This document shows, in pieces, positions 9,699-17,948 of a DNA stretch of 59,759 nucleotides. The stretch is from positions 1 through 59,759 of the forward strand of contig JAIPIN010000001.1 in assembly GCA_021734665.1 (NCBI GenBank), read 5' to 3'. Each line of letters starts with the position of its first letter. The first letter of the stretch is position 1. Below the pieces are notes generated by a model. It saw nothing but the letters and a program-made list of their open reading frames with translations, had not been told where the DNA came from and searched no databases. The position numbers were made by a program, and so were the translations under genes. The stretch is from Kiritimatiellales bacterium. Its GTDB lineage: Bacteria > Patescibacteriota > Gracilibacteria > Peribacterales > Peribacteraceae.

Positions 9699-9720
9699 GG
9701 CTCCATTAGGAGCCTCTTTT
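9699..9720 (+). terminator. rho-independent terminator after the SIMPL gene
   Basis: ggctcc-atta-ggagcc hairpin (9699-9714) followed by tctttt. Confidence 0.7.
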
Positions 9721-9749
9721 GAGTAATATTTAAAATAGAAAATAACATA

Positions 9750-9773
9750 AGAAGTATGTGCGCACATACTTCT
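9750..9773. repeat. perfect 24-nt palindrome agaagtatgtgc|gcacatacttct
   Basis: Read directly; in the 205-bp convergent intergenic region. Confidence 0.85.
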
Positions 9774-9877
9774 ATAATGAATACCTATATTAAAGTTATT
9801 AATGTTATTAATAGAATTAAAAAATATTATTAACTGAATAATTGTCTCACAGGTTTCAAAGATTTTTTGTGTGTGGT

Positions 9878-10282
9878 TTAGGAGAATAAATTTCCTATCT
9901 CCTTATGCGCAACTACAAAGATGCTTCCAGCGGTAATTAATACAATTCCAAGAATAATTGACAGATCAATCTTTTCTTTAATAAATATTGAATTGAATAT
10001 TATTGCAGCTATTGGTCCAGATGCTATCCATAGAGATATTATTATTAGAAAATTACGGAATACTTCGTTTCCCCATTGGAATCCCAGTCCATAAAGCACA
10101 TTTATTATAATTGGAACCCAAATGAATTTAATTTGGATCAATAAAATTCCGGTGATAGTAGAGTGATAGGTGATTCCAAGAATTTGACCTTCTGGGCTTA
10201 ATTTGCCCATGAAATATCCGTACCATGTGATAATGAATTGTGCTGTCAGAAATATGCCAAGCACTAAAACCTTTTGAATCAT
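9878..10282 (-). CDS. small 4-TM membrane protein (EamA/DMT-half or SMR-like)
   Basis: 134 aa, four hydrophobic segments, no soluble domain; family assignment is a guess from size and topology. Confidence 0.45.
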   Translation of the reverse strand: MIQKVLVLGIFLTAQFIITWYGYFMGKLSPEGQILGITYHSTITGILLIQIKFIWVPIIINVLYGLGFQWGNEVFRNFLIIISLWIASGPIAAIIFNSIFIKEKIDLSIILGIVLITAGSIFVVAHKEIGNLFS

Positions 10283-10302
10283 GAACTTATTCTAGCAGTT
10301 CT

Positions 10303-10785
10303 TTATGTAATTGCCTGATTAATATTCCCTCCCAATTGTTTAACTATGTCGTAAGTTACTTCGTTGGTTGTTTTAGAGCGAATTGCCTTTTTTAAAGTAA
10401 CAGATAACCACCCTGTTGCAAGGAATCCTGAAATCACGAACATAGCTTTCCATTCCGAAGGCCCTAACCATAGTGCTTTTTTAAAATCAGATGTAATCAA
10501 AGCAATTATGATTGTGGTTACTGTAGAAAGTGGCGCAACCCATTCGTGTTTTCCAAGTTTGGCTATATTTCTCTTTAGACAAAGCAGAGTTTTATCGTGT
10601 GTTACTACTATTAACTTTTGATTTGTATTAGTGCTTACCTTAATAACTTTTGTATTTAGATCTTCGGGAGAAGCAGCAGAGGGGATAGTATTTGAAAATT
10701 CTTCATATAAAAACTCCTTCTCTGATGTTGAAGGCTCGGGGATTACGGAATTTAATTTTTTTAATGATTGCAGGACGTTTTGCAT
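10303..10785 (-). CDS. hypothetical protein with two C-terminal TM helices
   Basis: 160-aa ORF with ATG start; polar N-terminal half, then TTIIIALITSDF and MFVISGFLATGWLSVTL hydrophobic segments; no recognisable motif. Confidence 0.5.
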   Translation of the reverse strand: MQNVLQSLKKLNSVIPEPSTSEKEFLYEEFSNTIPSAASPEDLNTKVIKVSTNTNQKLIVVTHDKTLLCLKRNIAKLGKHEWVAPLSTVTTIIIALITSDFKKALWLGPSEWKAMFVISGFLATGWLSVTLKKAIRSKTTNEVTYDIVKQLGGNINQAIT

Positions 10786-10880
10786 AGGAGGCGTATGCTG
10801 CCCTTACAAGAGAGCCATGTCAAATCAATTATTTTTATTGATGTAGTAATTTACTAAATTTACAAATATATTTTATTACG

Positions 10881-10901
10881 AAAAAGACCCCAAGGGGGGC
10901 C
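10881..10901 (-). terminator. rho-independent terminator (minus strand) just after small ORF S1
   Basis: Minus-strand RNA: GGCCCC-CCUU-GGGGUC (one G-U pair) followed by UUUUU; 26 nt downstream of the S1 stop codon. Confidence 0.7.
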
Positions 10902-10927
10902 AGTTTCCGTAGAAATTTTGAGACTAA

Positions 10928-11068
10928 TTATTCAACAGTCTCTTCTTCTGTTGCTTCTTCTTCAGTGGCTTCCTCTTCGGTAGCTTCTTCTGCTTCAGGA
11001 GCGTCTGTTTCTGGTGTTTCTGCTGCATCATTACCGCAAGAGCCACCACAACATCCATCATCAAACAT
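10928..11068 (-). CDS. small ORF S1: 46-aa Cys-containing, extremely acidic peptide (MFDDGCCGGSCGNDAAETPETDAPEAEEATEEEATEEEATEEETVE)
   Basis: Internal ATG of track ORF 10928..11119, preferred because the TTCTTTCCCC box sits 8 nt upstream exactly as for S2; own terminator downstream; (EEAT/EEEAT)x3 tail. Confidence 0.5.
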   Translation of the reverse strand: MFDDGCCGGSCGNDAAETPETDAPEAEEATEEEATEEEATEEETVE

Positions 11069-11076
11069 GTGTGATA

Positions 11077-11086
11077 GGGGAAAGAA
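11077..11086 (-). promoter_or_regulatory. pyrimidine box TTCTTTCCCC, 8 nt upstream of S1 ATG
   Basis: Plus strand ggggaaagaa 11077-11086; identical 10-mer at identical spacing before S2. Confidence 0.5.
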
Positions 11087-11100
11087 TAAATACAAAGGTG

Positions 11101-11129
11101 ATTGTGACCTATTTTTCAAACAACTTCAA
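11101..11129 (-). promoter_or_regulatory. candidate sigma70-like promoter for S1 (TTGAAG-17-CACAAT)
   Basis: Minus strand -35 at 11129-11124, -10 at 11106-11101; weak -10. Confidence 0.3.
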
Positions 11130-11180
11130 GGGCACACTCCCTCTTTTGAGAGATTTTTCAATTGATGAGTATCACATCAA

Positions 11181-11288
11181 TTATTCACTAGATTCGTCAC
11201 TCGTCACGTTGCATGTGCATGCATTTCCGGGGCAGCTGCATCCGTTACATTCCGGACACATTTGTTCTCCGCAGACATCGCATTCCAT
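11181..11288 (-). CDS. small ORF S2 (not in ORF track): 35-aa peptide with 8 Cys (MECDVCGEQMCPECNGCSCPGNACTCNVTSDESSE)
   Basis: ATG 11288-11286 to TAA 11183-11181, translated manually; CxxC-x4-CxxC-x2-CxC-x4-CxC pattern plus acidic tail; in-frame TAG 12 codons upstream fixes the start; promoter-like hexamers and pyrimidine box upstream. Confidence 0.5.
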   Translation of the reverse strand: MECDVCGEQMCPECNGCSCPGNACTCNVTSDESSE

Positions 11289-11296
11289 GAGGCGAG

Positions 11297-11306
11297 GGGG
11301 AAAGAA
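11297..11306 (-). promoter_or_regulatory. pyrimidine box TTCTTTCCCC, 8 nt upstream of S2 ATG
   Basis: Plus strand ggggaaagaa 11297-11306. Confidence 0.5.
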
Positions 11307-11316
11307 GTATATAAAT

Positions 11317-11345
11317 ATTATCTAGCTCTTGGATGGGCAGATCAA
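11317..11345 (-). promoter_or_regulatory. candidate sigma70-like promoter for S2 (TTGATC-17-GATAAT)
   Basis: Minus strand -35 at 11345-11340, 17-nt spacer, -10 at 11322-11317; about 29 nt upstream of the ATG. Confidence 0.45.
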
Positions 11346-11423
11346 TAGCAAAAATGTGTTCGAAATTACATATAAATCCCAACAGCCTTCGCCAAGGCTA
11401 CGGCTGTCAAGAATCCCAAGCAT

Positions 11424-11470
11424 CAAATCACAAAAAATCCCATTCGTGAGTTTTTGATTTTTGTAATTTG
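11424..11470 (-). terminator. A/T-rich hairpin immediately after the permease stop codon (possible operon-end terminator or attenuator)
   Basis: caaatcacaaaaaatc (11424-11439) vs gatttttgtaatttg (11456-11470), 16-nt loop; no clear U-run, so function is uncertain. Confidence 0.35.
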
Positions 11471-11471
11471 C

Positions 11472-12692
11472 CTACTCGTACCCCATTGCTTCGATCGGCT
11501 GAAGAGCTGCTGCTTTGCGTGCTGGATAAATTCCAAATATCAATCCTATTACAATTGATGTAATCAATGGGATTAGAATTGCTTTTATAGATAGTGCGTA
11601 AGTCAGTTCGCCAAGGAATTTACTGGCCACAAGAGATATGAAGTAGCCAAAGCTTATGGCTCCAATTACTCCAATAACACCGCCAATCAACGTAAGTACA
11701 ATTGATTCCATTAAGAATTGTATAAGAATGTCTTGCCTGCGTGCGCCGACAGCTTTGCGCAGTCCAATCTCCTTTGTTCTTTCTGTAACAGATACGAGCA
11801 TGATATTCATGATTCCCACTCCTCCTACGAGCAATGAGATACTTGCAATAAGTCCTAAGAATAGAGTGATACTCATTGTTACTGTTTCGATTATTTCCAT
11901 TGCCTGCTCTAATGAGCGCGCATAAAAGTCATCTTTATCAATATCATCTTCTGGATTGTCTATATTGTGACGTTGCCTGAGCAACGAAACAATATCTTGC
12001 CTAGTTAATTCATTATTGCCATTTATAGATTGTAGCGCGATGTAATCGATATAAGTTGTACGTCCCTTGATAGCTTTTGCTACCGAGAATGGGACATAAA
12101 CCATAGAATCTAGTTCTGCGGTAAGAGGAGAACCCATAGTCTCCAAGATACCTACTACGGTAAATTTACGCGCACCGATTGTTAGTCGTTTTCCAAGTGG
12201 ATTTTCATTTTGAAATAGATCCTCTGCGGCCTGAGATCCTAAAACAACTACGCTCTTGGCTCCTTTATCATCTTCATCGTTTAGTAGTCTTCCTTCTTCG
12301 ACCTTCATAGACCAGTTGGCGAAAATTTCTTTAGTTGTTCCTAAAATCATAGGTGCAATATCTTCTCGTCCATATTTTATTCGGTCTGTTAAAAAGATCG
12401 CAGGCGCTACATTTTTTACAGTAGTTAAGTTCCTTATAGCTTCCAAGTCACCGAATGTAATGCTCAAAACATCTTTACCAATGTCTTGAATGCCCTTTGC
12501 ATGAATTTCAAAAGTATCTCCAGAAAAGCTCTCTACTTGATCTACAATAAATCTTTCAAAACTTGCTCCAATAGATACCATAAGCACTACCGATCCAACT
12601 CCTATCACAATACCAAGTGTAGTGAGCATGGATCGCATGCGAGATCGTTTTAATCCTTCTAGAGCCGCGGAGACGGTGTCTTTTAAGAGCAT
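11472..12692 (-). CDS. ABC transporter permease, MacB/FtsX family (start moved to ATG 12692)
   Basis: N-terminal TM (RSMLTTLGIVIGVGSVVLMVSIG), large extracytoplasmic domain, C-terminal FtsX module with TERTKEIGLRKAVGARRQDI; N-terminus aligns with the paralog (MLLKD.. vs MLLRD..). Confidence 0.85.
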   Translation of the reverse strand: MLLKDTVSAALEGLKRSRMRSMLTTLGIVIGVGSVVLMVSIGASFERFIVDQVESFSGDTFEIHAKGIQDIGKDVLSITFGDLEAIRNLTTVKNVAPAIFLTDRIKYGREDIAPMILGTTKEIFANWSMKVEEGRLLNDEDDKGAKSVVVLGSQAAEDLFQNENPLGKRLTIGARKFTVVGILETMGSPLTAELDSMVYVPFSVAKAIKGRTTYIDYIALQSINGNNELTRQDIVSLLRQRHNIDNPEDDIDKDDFYARSLEQAMEIIETVTMSITLFLGLIASISLLVGGVGIMNIMLVSVTERTKEIGLRKAVGARRQDILIQFLMESIVLTLIGGVIGVIGAISFGYFISLVASKFLGELTYALSIKAILIPLITSIVIGLIFGIYPARKAAALQPIEAMGYE

Positions 12693-12699
12693 GATAAGA

Positions 12700-12761
12700 A
12701 AGTTCCAAGGTCCAAGTTCCAAGGTCCAAGTTTGGCACTTGGCACTTGATACTTGGCACTT
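12700..12761. repeat. heptad-periodic imperfect inverted repeat H4 between the two permease genes
   Basis: aagttccaaggtccaagttccaaggtccaa (CCAAGKT units) vs ttggcacttggcacttgatacttggcactt; 23/30 complementary by manual alignment; 2-nt centre. Confidence 0.7.
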
Positions 12762-12798
12762 TTAATCTGATTATAGTGTGACATGATAATGATCATAA

Positions 12799-14034
12799 TT
12801 ATTCGTATCGGAGGGCTTCTATAGGTCGTAGGCGCGATGCCTTAAGAGCCGGATATAGTCCAAATGAAATGCCGGTTATCGTTGCCATTGCAAGTGCCAC
12901 TAGAATTGCACCAAAACTAATTGCAAATTGAAAATCAGATAAAAACTTTCCAACAGCAGTTGAAATCAAAAAATCCAGTGCGATACCAAGCACAATTCCA
13001 ATGCATCCTCCGATGAGTGTTAGGAAGATTGATTCGATAAGTATTTGAAAAAGAATATCTTTACGTTTGGCACCTACGGCTTTGCGCAGTCCAATCTCGC
13101 GAGTTCTTTCGGTCACAGATACAAGCATGATATTCATGATGCCGATACCTCCAACAAATAAAGAAATCCCCGCAATCATAGTTATAAATAAAGTCAGGCT
13201 AATAGACACTGTTCCAAGAATTGCTTCTGCCTGAGCAGCAGAGCGCACTAGAAAGTCATCATTATCCGTAGAACCATCTTCTGCTGGGGTAATGCCATGC
13301 CTTTGCCTTAGTAGTGCGCGCACATCATCAAATGCTATGTCGAAATCATCAACAGCTTGCATAGTAATCATGTCAGCGTGTGTACGATTTGTTATGGCAA
13401 TTGCTGTAGATAAAGGCATAACAATGCGATCGTCAAGATTCTGAAAGAATACCATTCCAACAGATTCCAAAACTCCGATCACTGTAAATTTTCTACCTGC
13501 TATTTCCACTCGTTTTCCAATTGGATTACTGGTGAAGAATAGATCTTCTGCTATTTCCGATCCTATAACCACAACGAAGTTCGAAGACTCTTCATCTTGC
13601 TGATCATGGAGACGGCCTTGATCAACTTTTATATTTTGATTCAGAAAATATTCGGGCGTGGAGCCAACAAGCATCGGGTCAGTTGTTTCGTGTCCATATT
13701 GTGCATCTCCTGGAACTATAATCCCAGGTGCGATAGTACTTATTGTAGTAAGTGCTCTAAGAGCTTTTACGTCATCTAGAGTGAGCACATCGAAATCAGG
13801 TCGCAATGATGCATTCCCGCCTTCTGGGCCCTGATTGCCAGGGAATATAACCATGGTTTGAGGCCCCATAATGTCTATCTGGCCTAGAATTACACCTTCA
13901 ACACTCTTTCCTATTCCGGTCATCAGGACTACTGCACCAACACCAATAATAATTCCTAGCATGGTTAATAATGAGCGCATGCGATTTACAGTCACGCCTT
14001 TTGAGGCCGTTGAGAATAGATCACGTAGCAGCAT
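12799..14034 (-). CDS. ABC transporter permease, MacB/FtsX family (paralog)
   Basis: 411 aa; same architecture; TERTREIGLRKAVGAKRKDI motif. Confidence 0.85.
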   Translation of the reverse strand: MLLRDLFSTASKGVTVNRMRSLLTMLGIIIGVGAVVLMTGIGKSVEGVILGQIDIMGPQTMVIFPGNQGPEGGNASLRPDFDVLTLDDVKALRALTTISTIAPGIIVPGDAQYGHETTDPMLVGSTPEYFLNQNIKVDQGRLHDQQDEESSNFVVVIGSEIAEDLFFTSNPIGKRVEIAGRKFTVIGVLESVGMVFFQNLDDRIVMPLSTAIAITNRTHADMITMQAVDDFDIAFDDVRALLRQRHGITPAEDGSTDNDDFLVRSAAQAEAILGTVSISLTLFITMIAGISLFVGGIGIMNIMLVSVTERTREIGLRKAVGAKRKDILFQILIESIFLTLIGGCIGIVLGIALDFLISTAVGKFLSDFQFAISFGAILVALAMATITGISFGLYPALKASRLRPIEALRYE

Positions 14035-14775
14035 TTATTTTTGTAGAAACTTCTCTTCTTTTGCCTTTCTAGTTTTAAATTCATTAGTATCTTTTATTAT
14101 ACGGCCATCGAATAATTCGATAATACGATCTGCATGTTCGGCAGTATTCTTTTCATGTGTGACCAGAATTATTGTGTGTCCTGCTTCATTTAATTCTTGA
14201 AGTGCAGCCATCACCTGAATACCAGAAACTGAATCCAAGTTTCCTGTAGGTTCATCTGCAAAGATAATATCTGGTTCTGTAACTAGCGCACGCGCAATTG
14301 CAGTGCGTTGCTTTTCACCTCCAGAGAGCTGGTTACTAAGATTATTTTTCCTATGAGTAAGTCCTACAGTCTCTATAGCTTTGGCAACACGTTCGATTCT
14401 CTCTGATTCTGGAATTATTGGGTGATAAATTAGAGGGAGCATCACATTTTGTTCTACCGATGCACGGGGGAGTAGATTAAATGCTTGGAAGACAAAGCTA
14501 ACTCTGGTTGCTCGTATGCGAGACAAAGTATCTTCATCCATCTCTCGAGCAGGTTGACCTTGAAACAAGAAATCTCCACTTGTGTGATGGTCCAAAAAGC
14601 CAAGAATATGCATGAGCGTAGACTTGCCTGATCCCGATGGTCCCATAATTGCTACAAATTCATTCCTTTCAATTTTGAGATTAATATCAAAAAGAACAGC
14701 TGTTTCTAACTCTTCGTTAAAGTAGGATTTATATAAATCTTTCGTCTCGATGAGTGGCACGTCATTTTCTGGCAT
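14035..14775 (-). CDS. ABC transporter ATP-binding protein (MacB/LolD/FtsE-type)
   Basis: Walker [10 protein letters not shown], signature LSGGEKQR, Walker [13 protein letters not shown]; stop abuts the permease start. Confidence 0.92.
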   Translation of the reverse strand: MPENDVPLIETKDLYKSYFNEELETAVLFDINLKIERNEFVAIMGPSGSGKSTLMHILGFLDHHTSGDFLFQGQPAREMDEDTLSRIRATRVSFVFQAFNLLPRASVEQNVMLPLIYHPIIPESERIERVAKAIETVGLTHRKNNLSNQLSGGEKQRTAIARALVTEPDIIFADEPTGNLDSVSGIQVMAALQELNEAGHTIILVTHEKNTAEHADRIIELFDGRIIKDTNEFKTRKAKEEKFLQK

Positions 14776-14777
14776 GA

Positions 14778-16619
14778 CTAATCTTTGATAAGAATGACAA
14801 TGGTATCATCTTCTTTTACTCCACTTAAAACTTCTATGTCTCCACCTTCTCCGCTCATGCCAGTTTCTACAGTTTGTTCTTGAATCTTTCCGCCTTCTGT
14901 AAATATGCGCACGATTTTTCCTGCGTCGGATGATAATACTGCCCTTCCTGGAATTATAACTACGTCTTTTCGTTCATCTGTGAAGATTTCGCTGTCACCG
15001 GTCATTCCGATCTTTAGGCGGTTATCTTCCTGAATAAAATCTAACTTAACTCGGTACTTAGAAACACCATCAATATTGCTAGCTGCGGGATCAATTTCGC
15101 TAACTTTGATTATAAAGTCTTCATCTGGGAATGCGTCTAGATCTATTGATCCTGTTTGGCTCATCTGCACCTTGGGAATATCTATCTCTGCAACAAACAT
15201 CTCAATACGATATGGAGATGATCCGAGCATAGAGAAGGAATATTCCTGAAGATCGAGTCCGCCTGTAAATTCACCAGGCTTAAGATTTACCTTGGTGATT
15301 ATTCCATCAATAGGGGCGCGAAGAACAGTGTCATCAAACTGAGCTTTGGCGCGATCATATTCTGCTGCAGCCTGATTAACCATTGCACGGGATGAATCAA
15401 TTTCTGTTTGGCGAGTGCCAGCTTTTTTGAGTGCAAGTTGTGCTTCTTGTGTTCGCAAAGCCGTTTCGTATGTAAGAATATCTGATAGCGCAGACTCTTG
15501 TGTGCTTTGAGCTGTAGCTAGGTTTAATTCTTCTGCTGAGATTTTTGAGTCAAAACTTGCGCCAGCATCACGAATACTTTTAGAAGTAGCATCTATAGAC
15601 GAAAGTGCAGTTTGAACGGTGCTACTCTCTGTGGATAGAGTGGTCTTATGCACTTCTCGATCGCCGCTGTCGTAACTATTACTTAGAGGGAGATTGGCAA
15701 CAAATGAATATGATTCATTTATAGCTAAAGAAACAGCTACCAATGCGCTGCGTACTTGATCTAAAGTTTCCAGAGCACTTTTGTAGTTTGCAAAATCATT
15801 TGCAACTACCTGTGAAGCAGATTCTAGTTCATCAATTGCAGTACGCTGCTTTTTTTGTAGTATTGCGTATTTTGTAGTTTCAAAGTAATTAACAGTATTG
15901 ATCAGTGCATTATCTTCAAAAACGTCTTCAAGCTTTCTTAAAGATGAACGCGCAACGGTTAGTTGCTCTATGCTCTCGCTGCTTGCCGTTGTTACATATC
16001 CAGCAAGACTTGTTTCAGCTTCGCGATTTAACCAATTTAATTTTTCTTGAGATTTCTTTAGCTTTTCCTCTGCGCCTGCCAGTGTTGTATAGGCAGCATC
16101 TAATGATGCGCGTTTATTTGCTACTTCTGCTTCTGCAATTGCAATGTCTTCTGGTCGTGTTCCTTGCAAAAGAGAATTTAGATCAGCACGTCTTGATGCA
16201 AGTTTTGCGGCAGCGCCATTTACATCTGCTTTAAGTGCTTCGTTTTTAAGTCTGGCTAACTCTTGTCCGACAGTCACTTTTGCGCCTTCGTCTACAAAGA
16301 CTTCTGCAACAACTCCAGTTACAGGGAATCTTAACTTAAGGTCTTTCTCCGAAATTACAGTACCAACTGCTTCTACTGTTTGCACCAGATCACCACGACG
16401 CGCTTTTGCTAATACAACTTCTGGTTCTTCTGGAGTAAATAGCCATAATGCTACCCAGAGGATTGGAAGCAAAATTATTGTTAAAATAAGCAGCAGCTTC
16501 CATCGTTTTCGGGCAAAAGGCAGAGCCTTTTGTTTTATAAAACGAAAAGGGGCACTGATTCTAGAAGGGGAGTTTTTCTGTGCCTGAGGCGCCATTTGTG
16601 GGTTATTTATAGTTTCCAT
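14778..16619 (-). CDS. HlyD/MacA-family membrane-fusion (periplasmic adaptor) protein with very long coiled-coil (start set to ATG 16619; track uses GTG 16667)
   Basis: N-terminal TM (WKLLLILTIILLPILWVALWLF), lipoyl-like VAEVFVDEGAKVTVGQELARL, ~300 aa of coiled-coil-like Ala/Glu/Leu-rich sequence, C-terminal beta-rich domain. Confidence 0.8.
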   Translation of the reverse strand: METINNPQMAPQAQKNSPSRISAPFRFIKQKALPFARKRWKLLLILTIILLPILWVALWLFTPEEPEVVLAKARRGDLVQTVEAVGTVISEKDLKLRFPVTGVVAEVFVDEGAKVTVGQELARLKNEALKADVNGAAAKLASRRADLNSLLQGTRPEDIAIAEAEVANKRASLDAAYTTLAGAEEKLKKSQEKLNWLNREAETSLAGYVTTASSESIEQLTVARSSLRKLEDVFEDNALINTVNYFETTKYAILQKKQRTAIDELESASQVVANDFANYKSALETLDQVRSALVAVSLAINESYSFVANLPLSNSYDSGDREVHKTTLSTESSTVQTALSSIDATSKSIRDAGASFDSKISAEELNLATAQSTQESALSDILTYETALRTQEAQLALKKAGTRQTEIDSSRAMVNQAAAEYDRAKAQFDDTVLRAPIDGIITKVNLKPGEFTGGLDLQEYSFSMLGSSPYRIEMFVAEIDIPKVQMSQTGSIDLDAFPDEDFIIKVSEIDPAASNIDGVSKYRVKLDFIQEDNRLKIGMTGDSEIFTDERKDVVIIPGRAVLSSDAGKIVRIFTEGGKIQEQTVETGMSGEGGDIEVLSGVKEDDTIVILIKD

Positions 16620-16721
16620 AATTACTGTAATTATAGCAGAAAATAGATATTTTGACAATATAGACACTATGGCTACTGATCATGCTCCTACAGGCCAGAA
16701 TTAGCAATTGGCTTCTTGCAA

Positions 16722-17846
16722 TTATTGCCTAACAGGCAACTCAAAGAAATAACCATGCTCGTCTTTTCCAGTAATAACATTCTTGTTAAAAGTATCTAAA
16801 TCTTTGCTTCTAGATTTAAGTATCGAGTGAGCTTCCTTAAAGCGATTTTCGGAGACGAAGTCTACTGCGTAATCTACTAATCGATTATCAGTTAGAATTG
16901 GATATAAGCGTAATGCAATTGATGGGTCACCTTTATTTTCTGGAGTTATTATCAAAGATGCGATAAGTGAATAAGGCGGGGCTTCATTTTTTTGATACAA
17001 ACTCCAAGAATTAAAACTAAAATTTCCGATGTCATACACTATCCATTTTTCGTCCTGCATTTCTATGCCTTGCAGGTGGTGCGCTCCGTGAGCAATGATA
17101 ATATCTGCTCCAGCTTTCAAAAAGCTATCAGCAAACTCTTCTTGTGTTTTTGTTCTCCAAGAATAGTTGTATCCCCAGTGTGGAGAGACAATAACAAACC
17201 TGTCTGGTTCTTCCTCTTTTAGCTTTCGTATTGCTTCTACTGTTTTATCTCCTAGAGCCAATACTCCACCTTTTTCGCCATCTGCGTAATATCCAAAATA
17301 TTCGTCATAATCCCAGTAGCGCTCTAATCCTACAACTAGAGCGAATTTAAATTTCTGATTACCAACTTTGATGTCCTTTTTAAAAACTCTGCCCGAGCTA
17401 TCCTCGGTTGCTCCTGCTCCAAAGTATGTAAACCCGTGACTATCAAGATTTTTTTGTGCCTCTATGATTCCTTCTACCTCAAAGTCCATTGCATGATTGT
17501 TTGCCAGATTTACTGTGTGAATGTTATGCCTTTTTAATGCTTCCAAAGATTCATCTCGCGATTGCCAGAGTATATAAGACTTAATGCCCTCAAGTTTTGA
17601 TTTGCGCTCACCTATTGGTAGTGCTTCTAAATTAGCAATAACAAAATCTGCTTCAGTAAGAATGTCTTTAAAGTTTAAAAGTGGAAAATCGTACCCTCTT
17701 TCTTCAAGCATTTCGGATGCACGCTTTGAGTGTTCATAAAAAGTTGTATCTCCTACCAAAAGAATAGATGCAGAATCCTGAGTTGCAGGAGAGCAGGATG
17801 CAAGCAGGCATCCGAATAGAATGGTTGAGATTAATCGTAAATGCAT
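16722..17846 (-). CDS. CapA-family (PGA_cap metallophosphatase-like) lipoprotein
   Basis: Lipobox LLASC at residues 14-18; GDTTF, NLE, LANNHAMDF, SPHWG motifs of CapA/PgsA-like proteins. Confidence 0.8.
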   Translation of the reverse strand: MHLRLISTILFGCLLASCSPATQDSASILLVGDTTFYEHSKRASEMLEERGYDFPLLNFKDILTEADFVIANLEALPIGERKSKLEGIKSYILWQSRDESLEALKRHNIHTVNLANNHAMDFEVEGIIEAQKNLDSHGFTYFGAGATEDSSGRVFKKDIKVGNQKFKFALVVGLERYWDYDEYFGYYADGEKGGVLALGDKTVEAIRKLKEEEPDRFVIVSPHWGYNYSWRTKTQEEFADSFLKAGADIIIAHGAHHLQGIEMQDEKWIVYDIGNFSFNSWSLYQKNEAPPYSLIASLIITPENKGDPSIALRLYPILTDNRLVDYAVDFVSENRFKEAHSILKSRSKDLDTFNKNVITGKDEHGYFFELPVRQ

Positions 17847-17948
17847 TGGATTGTATGTTAGCGGTTATATCCTTTATCTTGTAGCAAAGTTAGATTTGAT
17901 TGGATTTTTAAGCTTTTAAGCGCTTTTAGGCTCTATACTGGTATCTCC

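Noticed and set aside
11014-11325. Track ORF 11014..11325 (+, 103 aa)
   Set aside because: It is antisense to both mini-ORFs and spans their promoter and box elements. The product is His/Ser-rich low-complexity sequence, and the signals (promoter hexamers, terminator polarity) fit the minus strand.
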